In this document: one piece after another, positions 60,601 to 64,000 of the stretch
Layout: the number at the start of each line of letters is the position of its first letter
Position numbering within the stretch: position 1 is the stretch's first letter
Assembly (NCBI GenBank): GCA_963514005.1
Contig: OY740800.1
Coordinates: 29,512,001 to 29,576,000 of the forward strand
Direction: 5' to 3'
DNA from: Raja brachyura
Lineage: Eukaryota
Length of the DNA: 64,000 nucleotides
Program-made: the position numbers and the translations under genes
Notes under the pieces: model-generated
Told to the model about the DNA's origin: nothing
What the model saw: only the letters and a program-made list of their open reading frames with translations
The model's database searches: none

Positions 60601-61893
60601 TGTTCTCCTGGTAAGACACAAGACAAGACGGTAGACACAAAATGTTGGAGAAACTCAGCGGGTGAGGCAGCATCTATGGGGAGAAGGAATTGGCAACATT
60701 TTGGATTGAGACGATTCTTCAGACTGATGTCAGTGGAGGGGGAACAAAGAAAGAATGTAGGTGGAGACAGTAAGACTTGTGGGAGAACTTGGAAGGGGGA
60801 AGGGATGGACAGAGAAAGCAAGGGCTATCTGGAGTTAGAGAAGTCAATGATTTCATACCGTGGGGTGTAAACTACCCAAGCGAAATATGAGGTGCTGTTC
60901 CTCTAATTTGCGCTGGGCCCCACTCTGACAATGGAGGAGGCCCTAGACAGAAAGATCAGATTGGGAATGGGAGGGGGAGTTGAAGTGCTGGGCCACCGGG
61001 AGATCAGCTTGGTTAAGGAACTGAGCGGAGGTGTTCAGCGAAGATCACCGAGCCTGCGCTTGGTCACGCCAATGTAGAGAGGTTGACACCTGGAACAGCG
61101 GATGCAGTAAATGAGGCTGGAGGAGGTGCAAGTGAACCTCTGCCTCACCTGGAAAGACTGTTTGGGTCCTTGGATGGAGTCTGCTAAGCTCATCTACTGC
61201 ATCTGCTGTTCTAGGTGTCAACTTCTCTACATCGGCGAGACCAAGCGCAGGCTCGGCGATCGTTTCACTGAAACACCTCCTCCGCTCAGTCCGTCTTAAC
61301 CAAGTTGATCTCCCGGTGGCCCAGCACTTCAACTCCCCCTCCCATTCCCAATCTGACCTTTCTGTCTAGGGCCTCCTCCATTGTCAGCGAGGCCCAGTAC
61401 AAATTAGAGGAACAGCAGCTCATATTTTGCTTGGGTAGTTTACACCCAAGGGGTATGAACATTGACTTCTCTAACTTCAGATAGCCTTTGCTTTCTCTCT
61501 CCATCCCTTCCCCCTTGCCAGTTCTCCCACTAGTCCCACTGTCTCCACCTACATTCTTTCTTTGTCCCACCCCCTCTCCTGACATCAGTCTGAAGAAGGG
61601 TCTCAACCCGAAATGTCGCCAATTCCTTTTCTCCATAGATGCTGCCTCACCCGCTGAGTTTCTCCAGCATTTTGTGTCTACCTTCGATTTTTCCAGCATC
61701 TGCAGTTCTTTCTTAAACAAGACAAGATGGTGTTGGTGGACTGAGCATTAATGATTATTTACTAACCTGATTGGGATCCACAATGTGGATATTGACCTTG
61801 GGGTATCGGGTGACGGGATCAAGGCTGTACGCATTGTGGTCCTTGATGATGTTCTGCGGCGTGGTCTGAGGCAGTAATCTGTAAATGCTCTCC
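3615..61893 (-). CDS. MICAL3: MICAL-family F-actin monooxygenase gene (MICAL3-like), partial multi-exon span; 5' monooxygenase exons and the LIM/C-terminal exons not found in window
   Basis: Seven exons with GT-AG sites chain in compatible phases. They translate to MICAL motifs [101 protein letters not shown]. Family is secure; exact orthology is not established. Confidence 0.9.
4250..6362 (-). mobile_element. 5'-truncated CR1 LINE (ORF2 RT region and 3' tail)
   Basis: ORF 4433..5608 has [39 protein letters not shown]; tail tttctatgtttcta. Confidence 0.95.
7700..9400. mobile_element. Nested decayed CR1 3' fragments in both orientations
   Basis: Remnants such as tataaaactttggtt and ggtgcaggagtaggccattcggcccttcgag; boundaries approximate. 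Confidence 0.75.
10365..11073 (+). mobile_element. Unclassified CpG-rich SINE-like element with LINE-type tail
   Basis: Ends tttcactgcac..gtgacgaataaa plus (ttgac)n; same layout as the element at 63050-63920. Confidence 0.6.
11572..11670 (-). CDS. MICAL3: MICAL exon [33 protein letters not shown]
   Basis: 99 nt, phase 0-0; ctctctttag| and CAG|gtagag; resembles MICAL2/3 NKVKxMAxQLLAKFE..RQ. Confidence 0.85.
11940..12660 (+). mobile_element. Decayed CR1 3' fragment
   Basis: CR1 ORF2 C-terminal remnants ([19 protein letters not shown]). Confidence 0.75.
13428..14150 (-). mobile_element. CR1 3' fragment
   Basis: ORF 13754..14161 [36 protein letters not shown]. Confidence 0.88.
16165..16209 (-). 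CDS. microexon 28 (A) [15 protein letters not shown]
   Basis: 45 nt; intact sites. Confidence 0.72.
16925..17135. mobile_element. Short palindromic Penelope-terminus-derived repeat (related copies near 12655-12805, 18035-18241, 35500-35597, 40335-40420, 55545-55628)
   Basis: Arm gatagacacaaaatgctggagtaactcagc pairs with gctgagtgactccagcattttgtgtctatc; same sequence as the Penelope ends at 60630 and 61680. Confidence 0.75.
17378..17422 (-). CDS. microexon 27 (A) [15 protein letters not shown]
   Basis: 45 nt; gtgttctag| and |gtgagttag. Confidence 0.7.
18493..18538 (-). other. frameshifted 46-nt type-A copy with intact splice sites (poison exon, recent decay or assembly indel)
   Basis: ttgttttag| 46 nt |gtgagttag; one extra base in plus-strand tagcttgtgac. 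Confidence 0.65.
19351..19678. mobile_element. MITE with long TIRs, flanked by TTAA (Kolobok- or PIF/Harbinger-like)
   Basis: gcccctgtcccactttcccgagttactcacgaactctc pairs with gagagttcgtgagtaactcgggaaagtggaacaaggcc; empty sites in paralogous units near 31990 and 34168. Confidence 0.85.
20307..20351 (-). CDS. microexon 26 (A) [15 protein letters not shown]
   Basis: 45 nt; intact sites. Confidence 0.72.
20770..21161. mobile_element. ~390-bp MITE with CAAAGATC termini; orientation opposite to the two copies at 36496 and 38059
   Basis: TIRs caaagatcctatagc and gatctttg; imperfect 8-bp TSD ctgtacca/ccgtacaa; internal hairpin. Confidence 0.85.
21246..21290 (-). CDS. microexon 25 (B) [15 protein letters not shown]
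   Basis: 45 nt; intact sites. Confidence 0.72.
21734..21778 (-). CDS. microexon 24 (A) [15 protein letters not shown]
   Basis: 45 nt; AAG acceptor; duplicate of microexon 23 at 1045 bp. Confidence 0.6.
22212..22257 (-). pseudogene. dead type-B microexon copy
   Basis: 46 nt; acceptor AG changed to GG, donor retained. Confidence 0.8.
22779..22823 (-). CDS. microexon 23 (A) [15 protein letters not shown]
   Basis: 45 nt; weaker AAG acceptor, donor gtgagtttg. Confidence 0.6.
23282..23326 (-). CDS. microexon 22 (B) [15 protein letters not shown]
   Basis: 45 nt; intact sites. Confidence 0.72.
24604..24648 (-). CDS. microexon 21 (A) [15 protein letters not shown]
   Basis: 45 nt; intact sites. 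Confidence 0.7.
25020..25065 (-). pseudogene. dead type-B microexon copy
   Basis: 46 nt; acceptor AG changed to GG, donor GTGAGT retained. Confidence 0.8.
25746..25790 (-). CDS. microexon 20 (B') [15 protein letters not shown]
   Basis: 45 nt; intact sites. Confidence 0.7.
26178..26222 (-). CDS. microexon 19 (A) [15 protein letters not shown]
   Basis: 45 nt; intact sites. Confidence 0.7.
26703..26748 (-). pseudogene. dead type-B microexon copy
   Basis: 46 nt; both splice sites mutated. Confidence 0.8.
27429..27473 (-). CDS. microexon 18 (B') [15 protein letters not shown]
   Basis: 45 nt; intact sites. Confidence 0.7.
27861..27905 (-). CDS. microexon 17 (A) [15 protein letters not shown]
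   Basis: 45 nt; intact sites. Confidence 0.7.
28386..28431 (-). pseudogene. dead type-B microexon copy
   Basis: 46 nt (+1); acceptor AG changed to GG and donor GT changed to GG. Confidence 0.8.
29112..29156 (-). CDS. microexon 16 (B') [15 protein letters not shown]
   Basis: 45 nt; intact sites. Confidence 0.7.
29570..30400 (-). mobile_element. Decayed CR1 fragment
   Basis: [22 protein letters not shown] remnants. Confidence 0.75.
30707..30751 (-). CDS. microexon 15 (B) [15 protein letters not shown]
   Basis: 45 nt; intact sites. Confidence 0.72.
31459..31773. mobile_element. hAT-type MITE
   Basis: CAGGGGTGGG..CCCACCCCTG termini; perfect 8-bp TSD gtttggag; empty sites near 24090 and 33950. 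Confidence 0.9.
32640..32684 (-). CDS. microexon 14 (A) [15 protein letters not shown]
   Basis: 45 nt; intact sites. Confidence 0.7.
33157..33201 (-). CDS. microexon 13 (B) [15 protein letters not shown]
   Basis: 45 nt; intact sites. Confidence 0.72.
34789..34836 (-). CDS. microexon 12 (A) [16 protein letters not shown]
   Basis: 48 nt; intact sites. Confidence 0.72.
35382..35426 (-). CDS. microexon 11 (type B) [15 protein letters not shown]
   Basis: 45 nt; weaker donor gtgggt; upstream intron segment truncated close to the acceptor. Confidence 0.5.
35776..35823 (-). CDS. microexon 10 (A) [16 protein letters not shown]
   Basis: 48 nt (one extra codon); intact sites. Confidence 0.72.
36257..36301 (-). 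CDS. microexon 9 (A) [15 protein letters not shown]
   Basis: 45 nt; intact sites. Confidence 0.72.
36496..36895. mobile_element. CAAAGATC MITE with 8-bp TSD (hAT- or P-type)
   Basis: TSD atctaagg/atccaagg; TIR about 28 bp. Confidence 0.87.
37816..37860 (-). CDS. microexon 8 (A) [15 protein letters not shown]
   Basis: 45 nt; intact sites. Confidence 0.7.
38059..38458. mobile_element. CAAAGATC MITE, copied by tandem duplication of its host unit
   Basis: Same insertion site and flanks as the 36496 copy. Confidence 0.87.
39382..39426 (-). CDS. microexon 7 (type A) [15 protein letters not shown]
   Basis: 45 nt; intact AG and GTGAGT. Confidence 0.72.
40142..40186 (-). CDS. microexon 6 [15 protein letters not shown]
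   Basis: 45 nt; intact AG and GTGAGT. Confidence 0.72.
40821..40865 (-). CDS. microexon 5 [15 protein letters not shown]
   Basis: 45 nt; gtgttttag| and |gtgagtgtg. Confidence 0.7.
41400..43060 (+). mobile_element. Decayed Penelope-like element (RT and GIY-YIG remnants)
   Basis: [14 protein letters not shown], gctgtgggcactcgcatg (AMGTRM-like), [28 protein letters not shown]-like remnant near 42560. Confidence 0.8.
44496..44534 (-). CDS. microexon 4 [13 protein letters not shown]
   Basis: 39 nt; cccatttcag| and |gtgagtttg; paralog of microexon 3, 637 bp away. Confidence 0.7.
45133..45171 (-). CDS. microexon 3 [13 protein letters not shown]
   Basis: 39 nt; ttccaattttag| and |gtgagtttg. Confidence 0.7.
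45488..45783 (+). mobile_element. tRNA-derived V-SINE (HE1-like) with CR1-type tail
   Basis: A/B-box-like gggtgcagcggtagag and ggttcgatcct; V-domain gtttcctcccac; (aaact)n tail; partial copies at 15390-15530 (-) and 50312-50463 (+). Confidence 0.85.
45800..45844 (-). CDS. microexon 2 [15 protein letters not shown]
   Basis: 45 nt; tcttttag| and |gtgagttag. Confidence 0.75.
46340..46842 (+). repeat. 33-bp G-rich minisatellite (ggggtcaggggtcactgtactcacagggtgagt), about 15 units; shorter runs at 19180-19330, 30440-30675, 32980-33125, 35110-35350
   Basis: 11-aa periodic ORFs in several frames ([11 protein letters not shown]; [11 protein letters not shown]). Confidence 0.95.
46871..46915 (-). CDS. 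microexon 1 [15 protein letters not shown]
   Basis: 45 nt; tgttttag| and |gtgagttagt. Confidence 0.75.
47240..48000. repeat. Degenerate tandem repeat (gtgaacacagtgtgaagtgggc-like)
   Basis: Recurring aacacagtg and tggata motifs. Confidence 0.6.
48324..48430 (-). CDS. MICAL3: MICAL post-CH exon [36 protein letters not shown]
   Basis: 107 nt; cccctacag| and AAG|gtaagc; phase 1 to 0; resembles MICAL3 SPISFLSKLGQTISRKRSPK. Confidence 0.92.
50465..52443 (+). mobile_element. 5'-truncated CR1 LINE interrupted by a Penelope terminal fragment (about 51412-51672)
   Basis: ORFs 50553..51341 ([22 protein letters not shown]) and 51726..52172; tail atgtttctatgt. Confidence 0.95.
52503..52696 (-). CDS. 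MICAL3: MICAL CH domain exon 2: [64 protein letters not shown]
   Basis: 194 nt; ttgcag| and G|gtgagc; overlaps ORF 52471..52668. Confidence 0.95.
53888..54035 (-). CDS. MICAL3: MICAL CH domain exon 1: [49 protein letters not shown]
   Basis: 148 nt; tttacag| and AT|gtgagt; calponin-homology motif. Confidence 0.95.
55700..56550 (+). mobile_element. Nested decayed CR1 3' fragments
   Basis: ggagagggtgcagaagaggttta and gggccgaagggcctgtttc remnants. Confidence 0.75.
57311..57404 (-). CDS. MICAL3: MICAL linker exon [31 protein letters not shown]
   Basis: 94 nt; tttggcag| and G|gtgagt; phase 0 to 1 bridges both neighbours; VRRLW resembles MICAL VRHLY. Confidence 0.85.
58380..60600 (-). mobile_element. 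Old decayed non-LTR retrotransposon (CR1/L2-group-like); similar remnant at about 1-330
   Basis: ORF 58462..58866 [14 protein letters not shown] resembles LINE ORF2 C-terminal EYSPLAW; many stops; boundaries approximate. Confidence 0.55.
60630..61716. mobile_element. Inverted pair of Penelope 3' ends (GIY-YIG plus terminal repeat)
   Basis: [26 protein letters not shown]; 60630-61110 is the reverse complement of about 61190-61683. Confidence 0.9.
61767..61893 (-). CDS. MICAL3: MICAL exon, end of monooxygenase region: [42 protein letters not shown]
   Basis: 127 nt; acceptor gtttcag|, donor CAG|gttagt; phase 2 to 0; matches MICAL [12 protein letters not shown]..Y.LDP.TRYP. Confidence 0.93.
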
Positions 61894-61984
61894 CTGAAAC
61901 AAGTTTTGCACATTAATCATGGCCTGCACACCACCAATTAACTAAACAGAAAGCCAACTGCAGAGAAAGGTGTACTAGGTGTGG

Positions 61985-62320
61985 TCTGGATAGAGTAAAT
62001 GCGGGGAGAATTTTTCCACAGGTGGGAGTGTCTAGGACTAGAGGCCATTGGCTCAAAATAAAAGGACGTACCTTTAGAAAGGAGATGAGAAGGAATTTCT
62101 TTAGTCAGAGGGTGGCAAGTCTGTGGAATTCATTGCCAGACTGCTGTGGAGGACAAGTTTAAGGTGGACATTGACCGATTTTTGATTAGTAAGGATGTCA
62201 ACGGTTATGGGGTGAAGCCAGGAGATTGGGGATGAGAGGGAAAGATTGATCAGCCATGATTGAATGGCAGATAGATTTGATGGGCCAAATGGACTAATTC
62301 TGTTCCTAGAACTCATGGAC
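61985..62320 (+). mobile_element. CR1 3' fragment
   Basis: gagatgagaaggaatttctttagtcagagggtg..gatcagccatgattgaatgg. Confidence 0.8.
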
Positions 62321-63049
62321 TTATCAAGAACCTCATTGAATGATTCAGCACCATCACGCCATTTACAGGACACGGACGTCTGCTGATGAAGCAAATCAAG
62401 CACATTGAACACTAATTAATACAGCCAGGATCTCTTAAGGGAAGACACTCTGGCTTGGGAATGACATTGATTATTAAAATTTCATGAAGAGATTCCACTG
62501 GTCCACCCTCTCGTTTCTTTAGATGCAGTGTAGATGACTCAAGTAAACCGATCGCAGCGGGCCAGAGGTGAGGAGATCGCAGCAGCCTGATCTTCCATGA
62601 GAGAAAAGCAGACAGGAAATCTATTCCAGGTGCTTATCTTCAAACAAGAAGAACGACCTGGCTAGTTTGTCGATTATTCACTGTTCATGTTACCAGCCCC
62701 GATGCTCAGTAACCCCTCTCTTTCATGGCAATGAACTTCACCCCTTCCTCAATGGCAGGAATCACAGAAAGAAAAGTAAGTGCCATCAGTGTTGTCTGGG
62801 CACTTGGGAAAGCTTACAATAGAGAAGAAACTCATCAGAGGAAACAGGCAGCTCTGTCGTGACTAACACAGGAACATGGTGCCACAACAACATGTGGCAC
62901 ATTTGCACAAAACGTCCCTGATTTCTGTTCCATTCCTGTCCAGTTGGACAAGGAAATGTGGAGAGCTCCTCGAGTCGTCACCTGTTGTCAGAGGGAGGAA
63001 GGAATTCGCTCATACTGCAGGTGAGGGGATGCACTGTCTGAACTCTCAC

Positions 63050-63920
63050 AACAACGCCCGCAATGGCCGCCTCGCCAACAGTCTGTCTCGCCCCTTCCTT
63101 CTTTGTTGTTTTTAAGTTTGTGTTAAATGTATGTTTTTAATGTTATTTAGCTTGTTTTAAGTGGGGGCTGGGAAACTTTTTTTAATCTCTTACATCGACA
63201 GAGATGTGATGTTTTTCTGTATCATATCTCTGTCCGCCCTGCGGTCTAACATCAAAGAGATGGCGGCCTCTGCTGGGGACCGACTTTGGGAGCTCCAACC
63301 GCGCGTGGGAGCCTGCAGGACTTAACATTACAGAGCTGGCGGACTTGGAGCTCCTACCGCGGGAGCCTGCGGACTTTAACATCGTGGAACTTGCAAGTCC
63401 CTAGTTAGTGACCGACTTCAGGATCTCCAGGCCGCAGGAACTTAAACCTCCCTGATCTCCCCGACGTGGGAGCTTCGTTCACCGGCTGAGGGAGCTTCGA
63501 TCGCCCCGACCACCCCGACCGCGGGAGAATAAAGAGGAAGAAGATCAGACTTTATTGCCTTCCATCACAGTGAGGAATGTGGGGAATCCGCTGTGGTAGA
63601 TGTTTATGTTAACTTCTATGTAGTTGTGTGTCTTGTTCCTATTGTTTAGTATATCTGTATGGTAATCAGAGTTTCACTGTACCTTTACATGGAATTATAG
63701 AAAATAGGTGCAGTAGACCATTCGGCCCTTCGAGCCTGCAATATGATCCATTCAATATGATCATGGCTGATCATCCAACTCAGTATCCTGTACGTGCCTT
63801 CTCTCCATACCCCCTGATCCCCTTAGCCACAAGGGCCACATCTAACTCCCTCTTAAATATAGCCAATGAACTGGCTATTAACCGGTACACGTGACAATAA
63901 ACTGACCTTTGGACCTTTGA
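63050..63920 (+). mobile_element. Unclassified SINE-like element with a CR1 3' end (about 63697-63875, minus) inserted in its tail
   Basis: Shares tgccttcca..ctgtggt..gatgttt and gtgacaataaa with the 10365 element; insert nearly identical to 4260-4430. Confidence 0.65.
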
Positions 63921-64000
63921 ACACTTGTTTAGTAGTTATAAGAGTTCAGGCAGCAAGTCCCTTCACCTCCATTTTAAACAGAAGTCTTTGCACCATGTGT

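Overview
Vertebrate genomic DNA, most likely a cartilaginous fish (skate/ray type), judged from its CR1 LINE, HE1-like V-SINE and Penelope-derived repeats. Most ORF-track entries are spurious or TE-derived. The window holds the middle of one minus-strand MICAL-family gene, closest to MICAL3. I read seven ordinary exons with canonical, phase-compatible GT-AG junctions: end of the monooxygenase region (61767-61893), linker (57311-57404), CH domain (53888-54035, 52503-52696), SPISFL..RKR exon (48324-48430), VKxMAxxxL exon (11572-11670) and a PQWKQ exon (3615-3698). Main finding: the ~36 kb between the 48324 and 11670 exons contains a tandem array of 33 homologous microexon copies. 28 are phase 0-0, 39/45/48 nt, stop-free in the MICAL frame and have intact splice sites. 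Four carry a +1 frameshift and have lost their acceptor AG. One is frameshifted with intact splice sites. The copies lie in nested duplications with a G-rich 33-nt minisatellite and MITEs that mark the duplication history. Whether they are spliced, and whether constitutively, combinatorially or exclusively, cannot be seen from DNA alone.
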